A DNA stretch of 64,000 nucleotides from a virus, in the IMG/VR virus record IMGVR_UViG_3300049846_000848, positions 17,384 to 81,383 of that record; one strand, given 5' to 3'. The notes under the pieces were generated by a model. That model searched no databases. It saw only the letters and a list, made by a program, of their open reading frames with translations, and was not told the DNA's origin. The translations under genes and the position numbers were made by a program. Below are positions 53,501-63,077 of the stretch, piece after piece (the stretch's first letter is position 1; each line of letters opens with the position of its first letter).

Positions 53501-56500
53501 TTAAGAAAGGATATGATCTTAACCTTAACGGTACCTTCTATGAACAACCGGCTTATCAGAACTTTAAGATCCGCACAGAAGAAGTGGCTACGCTTTGGGA
53601 AGATATTCCACACGAGGTGAGGGACTTTGGACACACAGCTTCTGAAGCCCTGTATGACGTTAAGTTTGACCCCACCAATCCTAACTACGGTGTGTCCGTA
53701 AGTTTGCAGAACGGAGCTAGTCAGACCTACGTGTTTAGGCTAACTATAGACGGCGGGCAGACTTGGAAGAAAATCAGTACTCCGGCAGTATATACAGATT
53801 CAGTCTCTATGTCAATGCTTCAGTGGTACTATCGCTATCCAGTTATCTGGATTAATAACTCAAGGGTATTTATATGCTTTGAGACTTCTTCTACGGCTCA
53901 GCTAGGGATGTACGGTACCATTACTAATGGGGAGCTGGCTCTGTCGGTATCAAACTCCGGGGCACCAGGAAACGGAACTAACATTCTAGCAACCGGTACG
54001 GCTTTGTTCTTCCGCCAAATAGTTGAAAACAACGGTAAGCTATACTTTGCAGCGGCTCAATCCGGAGGGGCGACTTTCAGGATTGCAGTCTCTTCTAACT
54101 ACGGGCAGAGCTGGTCTGACGGTGTCACAACCGGGAGCGATAGTACCGTAAAGAACGTAGGAAGTAACTGGTCTGTAGCCACCGACTGGTCTTACTCCCT
54201 ACAAGTTTGTAACAGACCTGGAGCGCCTACAAGTAACCGGGTTATGGTTGTAGCAAGCAACGGAGCTTTAACTCTAGCCCTGCTATATACTGACAACGAC
54301 AACCTGGGATCTAACTGGGCTACTGCAGTCAACGTATCGACCGCAGGCTCCGGGACTATCGGCTTCTCTGCTGTTAAGCTGTCAGACAATAAGCAATACA
54401 TGGCAGTCGGTGTTCTTAAATCAGCCTTCGCCAATAAGACCGACCTAGTAGTGGTAGACGTAAGTTTAGCCACCCCTGCTACTACCACCGGTTCTGGAAC
54501 TGATATCGTAAGTACCTATGGACTGGCGGTCGATACTGTTAACGGATATAGCTCAGCCTTAGGAAGCTTGGGGCTTAACTACGTAAGGCATCAGCATAGC
54601 AAGATCTTATGGACATCTGCCACATCGCTTATGATGATCAACACTCTGGGGGTAGATACTGCCACTCCAAGGTTGATCTTAAGCAAGTGCTCTGATATCA
54701 ACAATATTGCGTCTACCATTACTTATGCCAACATAGTAACCAGCTCTTCTAGTAGCGCGCAAGCTACCGAAGGACAATTGGCTAAGTTAAACGGTCAGAT
54801 CTGGGCTACATTTGTAACAAAGACTACGACCTCAGCCAACTGGCAAACTCAGGGTCGGGCTAGAGCCGTCCTTATCGCAGACCCGACTCCGACCACTAAC
54901 GTAGCTCCTACAGTTCAGTCAACCACCAGTGGGTTGGACGAATCTACTGGATTGTTGGGCGGGCAGCTGCAGGGTCAAGATAGCGCTTGGGCAGATTTGT
55001 CTAATAAACTAAACCATACCGGGGCTGTTATTGGGCTACTACTGCAGCAGTTATCTACTAAGATAGTGTCCACATTCTTTAAAGTAAACGTGGACAGCTA
55101 TCAATCTGTCTTTGTAAACACCCTAGCTGAAAGAGAGATCAATCCGTTAGCTGATGAATTCGCTAAGGTGCCGGTTAAGATCACGTATCACGGTACTGAC
55201 CTAGCTTCCTATGCATACGATAGAGTAGGCGATAAGATAGTAGCAGTTACCCAGCCTATTACTAGCAATAATGGTAACTTGTGGTATTCAAATGATGGCG
55301 GAGCCACATGGTTCGCGCCTACCGGCATAAGTCTTGGGAGAACGAGTAATAATACCGTAGACTTCTTAGGGAAGAGACTTGCAGTTAAAATAAACTCGGA
55401 TGGCACGAAGTTTGTAGTACTCTATATCTTTCAAAGTGGTGGAATCGACTACTCCAGGACTATTTACGGGGAATTTGATTCTAATGGTACAATGAAGAAT
55501 TTAGATACTACTCCCTTGAATCCATTCACAGATGCTAACCTCGTATATGAGGGATTTGATTTAGCTGAAAGAAGTGGAAAACTTTATGCTATAGGAAACA
55601 AATCATCTACTAATAATAGGTTTCTAGTTACTAGCTCAAATTTCGGAGATACTTCCTACGGAACGCCTGTAACAGTTAAGAATGGTGGTTCTACGGTAGC
55701 CATAGTGCAAGAATCTCCGTCCAAACTAGACGTAGTATCAAATGGTTCGGGTGGAGATAGAGCTATCTTCATAGGTAAACAAGTGTCCGGCGGACTGAAG
55801 ATGTGGTATACTAATGATGACGGTGCTAATTGGGCTACTGAGATAGACTTCGGTATAGCTGACTCACAAATGTTCGGGTACGGTAGAGAAGGAAATCAAG
55901 CGGTAGTATTACTTGCAGGAAATGACGGAGCCGCATCTCCAAACCCTATATATGTAGCTTATTGTGCTAATATAACTGCCACTACTCCAAGCTGGACAGT
56001 TCAAGCTATTACTAATATAGCTGGTATTATAGGTATAGGACAGGCTGGACAAGAAGGTCCTAACCTATCTGTAGGTCAAACTGATAAGGCTTATGGTCAT
56101 GTTAGGTGTTTAAATAGGGTTATCTTCACTTCTGCTACTTCGTTTATTTGTGCGTTTGATAGTCTTCATTCAGGTGGCATCGAAGTACCGTATTTAATGA
56201 AGTTTCATGACGTTACTAACTTGGCAAACTATCAGCAACAATTACTTGAGAACGCCTCTTCAGTTCATAAGATAGAGACTCAACTTATTAAGTCTAGCTC
56301 CGGTAGAATGTTCGTAGTTTACAAAGTTACTGATTCAGCTTCATTCGCCAATAACTTAACCTCTGGTCGTCTAGTAGCTAGAGAGATCTATGATCCTACT
56401 CCTACCTCTAACGTACAGTTGGGATTTGATGGGATTCCAGGGGATACTAACTATCAGGATATCGCTTATAAGCCATCAGCTACTACTGGTGGATTTGCAG

Positions 56501-56613
56501 GTCGTATGCAGATCGTAGGTGATACTATCATGTTTGAGAAAGAAGATGGGTCAGGATTTGAGCAGATCTATATCCAATCACTAAGTCCTAAGAATAATGC
56601 TAGATTCCAATAA
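50530..56613 (+). CDS. Giant tail fibre/spike with BNR (Asp-box) propeller modules and a CBM-like insert
   Basis: SVDGGETF, SSDYGATF, TIDGGQTW, SNDGGATW, TNDDGANW; ELITNGTFD...DNVSVKE. Confidence 0.75.
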   Translation: MPILRKLNSKAVIVAPSDSESSSSAHVIRYNGSDMTQRLRLNFSGPGVIVSDDAGNNETDVVITGGGGGSGGTLTGCVLGETMAANVAVYPKLKKKIVIDASNNKLSFAEGSGSYTTVTITNGTYYYPYTSLAADIKTQLEAIGALDYTIISDQQKWKISATGNFKIDKTVANSITTTLGFVSVVTTTGSTYYRADSIHLYTHAVVLLRTNTTSDGAPPYIDDGLFTTLVGATHRSRSFSGFIIAGGNAGDARDLYFSASMSGFSGLVTGSHYYTNGTAGQISTSTVANSLSAGYALNSSTLVIDPGPKDFEFQIEPDTDVLPNTVDDLPAWLAEPEIVSASNADAAYHGFCAEGDYVVVAKADTGSTSGFKISWSVDGGETFKEYGTFYAIGESWGAPPTGSGYWYAKPMVWCDSTGRVFIAYCYYDGLYYEVKGLYGTIDSNGELTLAVTNAGAASPYTDSISLMNGTSHMMLVDMAYLNGYLYVAYITTNRAVSVLYSSDYGATFYQPTTSGFITIGGSNLIPFIMNGADMTPIHLVVTPSPSNPTINRVGIVYSADNTNGDPIVTADYHLALAYYDSNTPPLNLTSWSGIDLGEQFGTGHWNIAIGKCWANTAKTKVAFNVIAGHGSGIAAGSTAAGSIPRGFIKLIDLSVSTPTQSNSRINYYDAAGTVTLGKAAFHDGYTSENTNGYYHIKHPNNIMWLGSNAFVTAVGDTYQNNSKVMHYSPDVVSQNNVSYPITNPARRIASALEADHLKAECQFVQTATKNFAIFKATESIANNLVGGRILAHELTLDTSTKTELITNGTFDSTTTGWTNAYPSTGSISSTSGRLRLTQNTGNAGAYQDITTVPGKTYILKFDMVAGTAAADHQFRVYSYPETNLASIAGDLAQSLNFPTTTTTLGFQIAFVAKSTVSRVALNHGGGALGTYMDYDNVSVKESDVQVGAEVNGVFIPGQVADIAAKPNVDDEDTALKIQTHESADGNAHVLFKKGYDLNLNGTFYEQPAYQNFKIRTEEVATLWEDIPHEVRDFGHTASEALYDVKFDPTNPNYGVSVSLQNGASQTYVFRLTIDGGQTWKKISTPAVYTDSVSMSMLQWYYRYPVIWINNSRVFICFETSSTAQLGMYGTITNGELALSVSNSGAPGNGTNILATGTALFFRQIVENNGKLYFAAAQSGGATFRIAVSSNYGQSWSDGVTTGSDSTVKNVGSNWSVATDWSYSLQVCNRPGAPTSNRVMVVASNGALTLALLYTDNDNLGSNWATAVNVSTAGSGTIGFSAVKLSDNKQYMAVGVLKSAFANKTDLVVVDVSLATPATTTGSGTDIVSTYGLAVDTVNGYSSALGSLGLNYVRHQHSKILWTSATSLMMINTLGVDTATPRLILSKCSDINNIASTITYANIVTSSSSSAQATEGQLAKLNGQIWATFVTKTTTSANWQTQGRARAVLIADPTPTTNVAPTVQSTTSGLDESTGLLGGQLQGQDSAWADLSNKLNHTGAVIGLLLQQLSTKIVSTFFKVNVDSYQSVFVNTLAEREINPLADEFAKVPVKITYHGTDLASYAYDRVGDKIVAVTQPITSNNGNLWYSNDGGATWFAPTGISLGRTSNNTVDFLGKRLAVKINSDGTKFVVLYIFQSGGIDYSRTIYGEFDSNGTMKNLDTTPLNPFTDANLVYEGFDLAERSGKLYAIGNKSSTNNRFLVTSSNFGDTSYGTPVTVKNGGSTVAIVQESPSKLDVVSNGSGGDRAIFIGKQVSGGLKMWYTNDDGANWATEIDFGIADSQMFGYGREGNQAVVLLAGNDGAASPNPIYVAYCANITATTPSWTVQAITNIAGIIGIGQAGQEGPNLSVGQTDKAYGHVRCLNRVIFTSATSFICAFDSLHSGGIEVPYLMKFHDVTNLANYQQQLLENASSVHKIETQLIKSSSGRMFVVYKVTDSASFANNLTSGRLVAREIYDPTPTSNVQLGFDGIPGDTNYQDIAYKPSATTGGFAGRMQIVGDTIMFEKEDGSGFEQIYIQSLSPKNNARFQ

Positions 56614-56622
56614 GGGTAAGTT

Positions 56623-57210
56623 ATGATTAAACAATATTCGATCAACATCAAGATAGAGAAGGAGGTTCATCTTCCTTCTCTCCTTAAATCCTTAGGTCAA
56701 ACCGAGGATAAAACTATCTCAATCTCTGTCCTAAGAGATGGTCAAACTAAGGCTATCAAGTGCTTCTATGCGGAAGAGGCTACGATAGATGCCGTAGTAC
56801 TTACTCAAGAGGAACTAGACCAAGGCTTATCTAAAGAGCTTAAAGCAGCTAGGGCTATCTATGATGCCCACGATCCAGTAGCCCATAAGGCTGCCTTAGA
56901 TGCCATTACCTATACCGAACAAGTCGTAGGGGATGCCATGGACTATGGTATGCAATTAGCTAAAGAGTTTGCAGCAGAGAACGTAAGATTAGGTATATCA
57001 CAAGCTGGAATGACCCGCACTGTACGGCAGAAACTAGCCGACCTCTTCTCGGCTTTACAGACTGGGTCGCTTAAAGATGCCATAGATGTGGCTAAAGAGA
57101 CGCCAGCTCTAGATAAAGACGCTACCTTTATAACTGACGCTAGACTACTATCACTTGTAAACAAACTAGAAGAATATCTAGGGTTACCTAAATCATCTTC
57201 TCTAAGCTAA
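56623..57210 (+). CDS. Putative fibre assembly chaperone
   Basis: Helical protein directly after giant fibre. Confidence 0.5.
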   Translation: MIKQYSINIKIEKEVHLPSLLKSLGQTEDKTISISVLRDGQTKAIKCFYAEEATIDAVVLTQEELDQGLSKELKAARAIYDAHDPVAHKAALDAITYTEQVVGDAMDYGMQLAKEFAAENVRLGISQAGMTRTVRQKLADLFSALQTGSLKDAIDVAKETPALDKDATFITDARLLSLVNKLEEYLGLPKSSSLS

Positions 57211-57220
57211 GGAATAGCTA

Positions 57221-60200
57221 ATGGGATGCTTCGCTAGTTCGGGATCTACTCGTTACTTTTACACGGGCAACGCCGTGGGAGCATACAACTTTTGCGGTGA
57301 TTATAACTTCGTATCTGGCGGAGGCCCTGAGAACGGCATAACTGCCGGAGAGATTGTACCAGTCTACTTCCCTGATCCTACCGAACGTCGCCTATATCGC
57401 CATCCTAATGCTCAATTAACTCAATCTCTATTAGACGCTTCATTCCCCGAATTCGACTGGGTCTGGGTAGCTGATATCTATCTAAATGATGGTAGTCACT
57501 TTAAAGTATCTGACCGTAATATCTATTTAGAGGATAAGGAAGGCGACCCCAGATTCTATGAAGCTCGCGCTGAAGCCCCTACCTCTATCACTCGTACATT
57601 GGGTGAGTGGTTACAGGAAGGCTACGAGATGGGGGAGATGACCCTAACTGTAGCTAACTACGACGGTATATTCAATTCATATTTACCTAACGGTAATAAG
57701 TTCCAAAACTGGACTAACTCTAAGGTAGAAATCCGCGTAGGCTTTGGCGAGAAATACTCCAATTACTTCACCCTTTACGAAGGCTATATAACCTTTTATA
57801 AAGGCCGTGAAGATAACGATGGTAAGCTTATTTTACGTATATACGATAAGTTTCAGATAGACCAGACCCCTCTACCCGTCCGCTCATTCAATGAGTCAAT
57901 CTATCCCGATATTCCCTCAGACCAAGCCGGTGGCAAGATACCCCTAGTCTACGGTGACTGGACCGATGACGTGACTGATTATGGCGAAATAGTAGCTAAG
58001 TGTACTAATGGAGATAAAGTCAATCCTAGTGAGTATGAGTTTAAGATATGCGATAACCCATTAGAATCTATAGACGAGGTATGGTTAGAGCGAGGCGAGC
58101 ACTCAGAGGATAACGGGTCTAGAAAACCTATCCAGATAGATATGGCTTATGTTACTAAGTATTTGAATGATGGAGAATTTACTATAGCTGCGGGAGCACC
58201 AGTATTCTCTGAATATCTAACTCTATTAGAATCTGACTTCGCCGGAGCTGGATCTACCACCGATCTATTAGTGTCTGCATCCAACACTAACTTCATCGAT
58301 CTGAAGGTACAGGTGGGGGATATCGTAGTTAAGTTGGCTACCGGGGAACGAGCTACCGTAGCCACTGTATCTAGCTATATATTAGTCACTACTGGGGGAG
58401 TTACTTTCAATGAGAATGATGAAATAAGGATACTAACTAAGACATATAAATATGCTTCGGGTGATAAGTTTAGAATCAAGTGTAAGGGTAAACCAGTCCA
58501 AATAACGGACTATATGCGCATCCGTAACGCTACCCCATTAGCCGATGAGCCAGTAGGGTTAGATATAGATTATGAAGGCTATTATTGGCTAGCCGATGAC
58601 ACTACCCAGAAAGTATATAAGATCAACTTTATAACCAAAGAAATCAAGAAAGAAATCACATACGCTACATTCGATCCAGGCATGACTAGCTGCGCGGGTC
58701 TAGCATTAGCTCAACTCCCTAACATGATCTGGATAGCCGACTATACTCAAGCCCAGCTGTACTATTACGACTGGACTACCGACGACTTAGAGGCTACCTT
58801 AGATACCGCTACTATTACTGGATTACCAGGCGCTTTAGATGATATGCAAGATATCTCAGTCGATAACCTAGGTAGATTATGGATTGCCGATGACGGAGAT
58901 CAAAAGATCTATGAGATAGAAGCATTCCCTATAGACGTAGCGTTCGTAGTATCTAGCATCAATTATACGACCATAGATCCAGCTATCCCGTCTATCTCCG
59001 CCCTAGGCTACAACGTGTTTACTGATACTATGGGTATAGCTGACAATTATAATAAAAAAGTCTATGAGATAGATACCGCTGGTTTTAAACTAAAAGAGTT
59101 TAGTTATTCCTATATGTTCTATGATATCCAGGACATACAGTGCTTAGCGGTAGCGCAAGATTCTACGTGGTTCTTTGCCGAGCGTAGGAATGACGTGATC
59201 TATAACTTCCTACCATATAATGGGGTTAATACTAATCCGGGCTTTATGGCACGGGACTTGCTACAAGGGTATTCTAATCGTACTTATGCTGACTTTAAGC
59301 CTGAGTGGACGGGTACTTCGGTAGCTCAATTGAGCTCTTATAAGTGTCGGTTCGTTATACAAGATGAGGATACTTGCGCTACTTATGTATCTAACCTATT
59401 GAAACAATTCAATACTGAGCTATTCGTAGACTCAGGCCAACAATATAACATCTTCCATAACGTGATCACTAATTACCACGTTAACGGTATGTTATTGACT
59501 GAAAAAGATATAATCCTAGGTAGCTTTAATCCTTCCGAGGAACTACGCCAATACTTTAATTCATGCGATGCTTTATATAAATTCTATCCCTCCGCGAACC
59601 GCTCGGACCGTTCGCAAACACTCACATCTACCGAAGGTGTGGAGTTCGCTCGTAAGACTGAATTTCGCACCTTCCCCCTCCGAGCTGTTTATAGAGAGTT
59701 AGATGTAAACAACATATTAGCCGAAAGACTTAGACAGTCAGTCCCTCAACCAGAGATGATAGAGGTAGACCTAGCTTGGCGTTGTATGCTACTTAACCTT
59801 ACAGACATGGTTAAAATCCTATATGCCGACGGAACTGGCGGCTTTTGTCCTTGGAATTCTAGCTCATCTCAACGTCGCTATAACAATATCCCAGCCTATA
59901 TACGAGAACTTAGCTTTAACTTAAAGAATTGGACTATATCAGCTAAGATTAGATCCTTAGGTACTACTGAGCTATGTGATGGTTCTTATATCCCACCAGG
60001 CCCTAGGATAGGTGGATGTAGCGGTATCATAGGTTTAGGGGCAGTAGGTCGTTTCGGCCATGTATCACCTAACGCCGAGATCGTTAGCTCAACTATCAAT
60101 ACCATTACTACCGTAGATGTAGATGGGCAAAACGCTCAGGCTAGATATCAATCCACTACAGGCTTTGCTTGGGTGCCAGGATATAAGGTAGCTTTGTATG

Positions 60201-60529
60201 ATGCTAGTGCTGGGGGCGCTCCAGTAGAGGTAAATGAGATACTATCTGTAGTCGGTAATGTCATCACGTTCGTCAATAATTGGTCTAGCACTATTATACC
60301 GACTGTAGTTTCGGCTACTGGTATTCCTACCGCAGGACACTACTTAGGTTATAGCGAGTACGTGGATGCTAATGCTATTCAAAAAGAGAAATTCGTGTGG
60401 CTAGGTAAGCCGACGGATAGATACGCGGCTTCCATAAGTATGGAACTCGAGGATCTCACTAGCGGAGAGTATAAGTTCATAGAGGATAATGGTGATCCAT
60501 ACGTAATTGGCAGTCGGTTAGATATATAG
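57221..60529 (+). CDS. Baseplate hub/central tail protein with inserted NHL-like propeller
   Basis: LTVANYDG.F, IPLVYGD; repeats WLADDTTQKVYKI and LWIADDGDQKIYEI. Confidence 0.7.
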   Translation: MGCFASSGSTRYFYTGNAVGAYNFCGDYNFVSGGGPENGITAGEIVPVYFPDPTERRLYRHPNAQLTQSLLDASFPEFDWVWVADIYLNDGSHFKVSDRNIYLEDKEGDPRFYEARAEAPTSITRTLGEWLQEGYEMGEMTLTVANYDGIFNSYLPNGNKFQNWTNSKVEIRVGFGEKYSNYFTLYEGYITFYKGREDNDGKLILRIYDKFQIDQTPLPVRSFNESIYPDIPSDQAGGKIPLVYGDWTDDVTDYGEIVAKCTNGDKVNPSEYEFKICDNPLESIDEVWLERGEHSEDNGSRKPIQIDMAYVTKYLNDGEFTIAAGAPVFSEYLTLLESDFAGAGSTTDLLVSASNTNFIDLKVQVGDIVVKLATGERATVATVSSYILVTTGGVTFNENDEIRILTKTYKYASGDKFRIKCKGKPVQITDYMRIRNATPLADEPVGLDIDYEGYYWLADDTTQKVYKINFITKEIKKEITYATFDPGMTSCAGLALAQLPNMIWIADYTQAQLYYYDWTTDDLEATLDTATITGLPGALDDMQDISVDNLGRLWIADDGDQKIYEIEAFPIDVAFVVSSINYTTIDPAIPSISALGYNVFTDTMGIADNYNKKVYEIDTAGFKLKEFSYSYMFYDIQDIQCLAVAQDSTWFFAERRNDVIYNFLPYNGVNTNPGFMARDLLQGYSNRTYADFKPEWTGTSVAQLSSYKCRFVIQDEDTCATYVSNLLKQFNTELFVDSGQQYNIFHNVITNYHVNGMLLTEKDIILGSFNPSEELRQYFNSCDALYKFYPSANRSDRSQTLTSTEGVEFARKTEFRTFPLRAVYRELDVNNILAERLRQSVPQPEMIEVDLAWRCMLLNLTDMVKILYADGTGGFCPWNSSSSQRRYNNIPAYIRELSFNLKNWTISAKIRSLGTTELCDGSYIPPGPRIGGCSGIIGLGAVGRFGHVSPNAEIVSSTINTITTVDVDGQNAQARYQSTTGFAWVPGYKVALYDASAGGAPVEVNEILSVVGNVITFVNNWSSTIIPTVVSATGIPTAGHYLGYSEYVDANAIQKEKFVWLGKPTDRYAASISMELEDLTSGEYKFIEDNGDPYVIGSRLDI

Positions 60530-60531
60530 TA

Positions 60532-61329
60532 TTATTTTTCCTTTAATAATTCTCTTACCCATTTATTATAATAACCCTGCGAGACCCATACGCAATTTGA
60601 GGGAGAGAAGGGTAGATTCCTATCTATTCTATCTAAAACTGGAGTTCTACTATTTGTATTGGTAGATTCTGCCCATTCTATAAATAAACCAACATTATTT
60701 AACCATTCATCGCATATAGTCGCACCCCTACCCCCTAATAAGGGGTAACTAGGATTTGAAGGATTATAACATTTTGCTTTTAATCTACTGAAAGAATAAC
60801 AATACTTACTATCAGCACGACCATGGCTTATTTTATAAGGTCTTCTATTCTTGCTCTGCTGAGATAAAGTAGCCCACCTGCAATTAGAAGGACTGTAGTT
60901 ACCGTTGATATCAATTCTGTCTATTGATAAGTCAGGTGAATAATTAGTAGATTCAGCCCATTTTATAAAATTTACTGGACTATATCTCCACTCTTCACAT
61001 ACTGTGATACCCCTACCACCATAATATTTATATCCAATATTATTAGGAGAATAACACCTATTGTTCATAGCTTTCCAAATATTGTATAGTCTTGTATTAG
61101 ATTTACTGTGCTTTTTGCAGGATTCAACGAGAGATGGCCATCTAGCTTTAGCAGATTCAGATCTAAGACATCCACAGGATTTTATATATCCTAGTTTTAT
61201 ACTAGACTTTTCTGCGTAAGTTATATTACCACAGTCACATACGCATTTATAATGTTTCACGTTCCAGCCTCGTGCTGAAATCTTTATCTTATATTCACTA
61301 AAATCGGTCGTAAGTCGTCCGTATTTCAT
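60532..61329 (-). CDS. HNH-family homing endonuclease with duplicated nuclease-like domain
   Basis: CVCDCG, KSCGC, YGGRGITVCEEW, SIDRIDINGNYSPSNCRW, second copy LDRIDR...PSNCVW. Confidence 0.85.
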   Translation of the reverse strand: MKYGRLTTDFSEYKIKISARGWNVKHYKCVCDCGNITYAEKSSIKLGYIKSCGCLRSESAKARWPSLVESCKKHSKSNTRLYNIWKAMNNRCYSPNNIGYKYYGGRGITVCEEWRYSPVNFIKWAESTNYSPDLSIDRIDINGNYSPSNCRWATLSQQSKNRRPYKISHGRADSKYCYSFSRLKAKCYNPSNPSYPLLGGRGATICDEWLNNVGLFIEWAESTNTNSRTPVLDRIDRNLPFSPSNCVWVSQGYYNKWVRELLKEK

Positions 61330-61344
61330 ATAGTTAAGTCTAAT

Positions 61345-61354
61345 CGTATAATTA
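61345..61354 (+). promoter_or_regulatory. Putative late promoter CGTATAATTA
   Basis: Exact motif restarting + strand after the HNH. Confidence 0.7.
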
Positions 61355-61376
61355 ATATAAGTCAAGCGAGGTTAAT

Positions 61377-61892
61377 ATGGCTATTCAGACCCCTACAATT
61401 GCTCAAAAACTAGACACAATTTCCTTAGATTACGGATCAGCTTTGGCTGAAAGTACCTATAAGCAGATGGGTCAGCAGGTCAACCGCTTAATTGATTGTG
61501 TACCTATCGGCACTATCATGATGTTTGCTATTAATCAGCCAGGGGTATCAGCACCTAACCCTAACTTGTGGCAATTGGCGAATGGAGCAGAGATAACTAA
61601 TCCTGATAGTCCACTTCGTACCATTGGAATTAACGTCCGTTACACACCAAATCTAGTCGATAGATTCATCTATGGATCTACTACTGGAGGAGCCGGGGCA
61701 TACGGAGGGGAGGCTACTACTGACGTTAACTTCGGCGACCCAGGCTCAGCTACCTCCAGTGTACCAGATCCAGTAGTATCATCTGGATCTAACATCGTAG
61801 GACCTTATTCACCCCCACATAACCATAACTTCGGTACTAGATCTAACATACCGCCTTATTATACTGCAGCCTTTTACCTAAAGATTAACTAA
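61377..61892 (+). CDS. Tail collar-domain protein
   Basis: PIGTIMMF, WQLANG, TPNLVDRF, NIPPYY..FYLKI. Confidence 0.8.
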   Translation: MAIQTPTIAQKLDTISLDYGSALAESTYKQMGQQVNRLIDCVPIGTIMMFAINQPGVSAPNPNLWQLANGAEITNPDSPLRTIGINVRYTPNLVDRFIYGSTTGGAGAYGGEATTDVNFGDPGSATSSVPDPVVSSGSNIVGPYSPPHNHNFGTRSNIPPYYTAAFYLKIN

Positions 61893-62299
61893 TGGGATTA
61901 CTCTACAAAGACAAAGAGACTCAAGACCAGTATAAAGCAGCTATCGCTAAGAAGCTACCTATCACTATGGTAGTGGACTATTTCGTAGAACTATCCCTAG
62001 AATTAGGTATTAATCCGGTAATGACATCATTTATTCGGGATGATGAAGATCAAATCAAGCTATATGGGTTCGCTAAACCTAGCCTACATCAGTATCTTAG
62101 GGCAGCTGACTTTAGATCTTCTATCTATACCGATGAACAAATCAAATACTTAGTCGATAAGATTAATGCTAGATTTGAGTATGACCCTAGTAGGCCCGGT
62201 AAGTTCAAGTGTGCTTTAGCCCATAAGATCCCAGGCGGAGCTTATCACTTTCACCTACAAGTCCACCCATCTACTGTAGTCCAAACAACGAACGAATAA
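61892..62299 (+). CDS. Peptidase M15-like (putative endolysin)
   Basis: TSFIR, SLH...AAD, HFHLQ Zn-binding pattern. Confidence 0.65.
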   Translation: MGLLYKDKETQDQYKAAIAKKLPITMVVDYFVELSLELGINPVMTSFIRDDEDQIKLYGFAKPSLHQYLRAADFRSSIYTDEQIKYLVDKINARFEYDPSRPGKFKCALAHKIPGGAYHFHLQVHPSTVVQTTNE

Positions 62300-63077
62300 A
62301 CCCGATAAAAGTCTCTTTGTTTTCTACTTCTCTTTTGCCAACAAAACGTGGCATAGAGAACGACGTTCCTTCACTGTCAGCATATTCACCACATTCCCAA
62401 TACTTAACCTTACCGCCATAGTTAGAATATTCAGCTTTAGTTGCCGGCACTTTAGTGCAGTTTAAAGCCCCTACTGCATTCACCCCAGGGTAGCTAGCCG
62501 GGAATGAGTTAAAGCGGCTAAGATTAATCCCAAAGTTACCAGCCGATGCCCATACTACCCCACCTGATTTCGTATAGTTAAGTATAGCTAACTCTTCTTC
62601 CTTATCTCCCGGCTCTTCTGGATCTAAGCTTTGCATCGGTACCATAACCGTCTTAATTCCACATTGCTTAGCAAACATATAAGCGCCTGGTAGAATACCC
62701 GGATCTTCATACTTACCACTATCATGGTACCATACGTAGACATCCTTCTTACCGCCGCCCTCTCTATAAGCTCCTATAACCCTAGTAGAATGGCTTACCG
62801 AACCTTCGGGCCAATATCGCATCGAACACCATGTAGGGTGGACCGCTCTAACCTTACGATTCCACTTAGCCTCTGGACTGGGACATATCTCCACTAATAA
62901 CACGGTATCCTCACCCACCATATCCACCGGACATTCAGGCAAAGGCGACATGCTATCGGTTATAATCTTCTTAGCCCTAGCCGATACACTAGGGGACTTG
63001 CCACTAGCTCGCCCGATCATCTCGGCAAACACTACCATCATTACTAACATGATAAAGAACCCTAAACCTCGCACCAT
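62271..63077 (-). CDS. Subtilisin-like (S8) protease with N-terminal membrane/signal segment
   Basis: HSTRV, ASAGN, FPASYPGVNAVGA, YSNYG, GTSFSMP. Confidence 0.75.
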   Translation of the reverse strand: MVRGLGFFIMLVMMVVFAEMIGRASGKSPSVSARAKKIITDSMSPLPECPVDMVGEDTVLLVEICPSPEAKWNRKVRAVHPTWCSMRYWPEGSVSHSTRVIGAYREGGGKKDVYVWYHDSGKYEDPGILPGAYMFAKQCGIKTVMVPMQSLDPEEPGDKEEELAILNYTKSGGVVWASAGNFGINLSRFNSFPASYPGVNAVGALNCTKVPATKAEYSNYGGKVKYWECGEYADSEGTSFSMPRFVGKREVENKETFIGFIRSLFGLQ

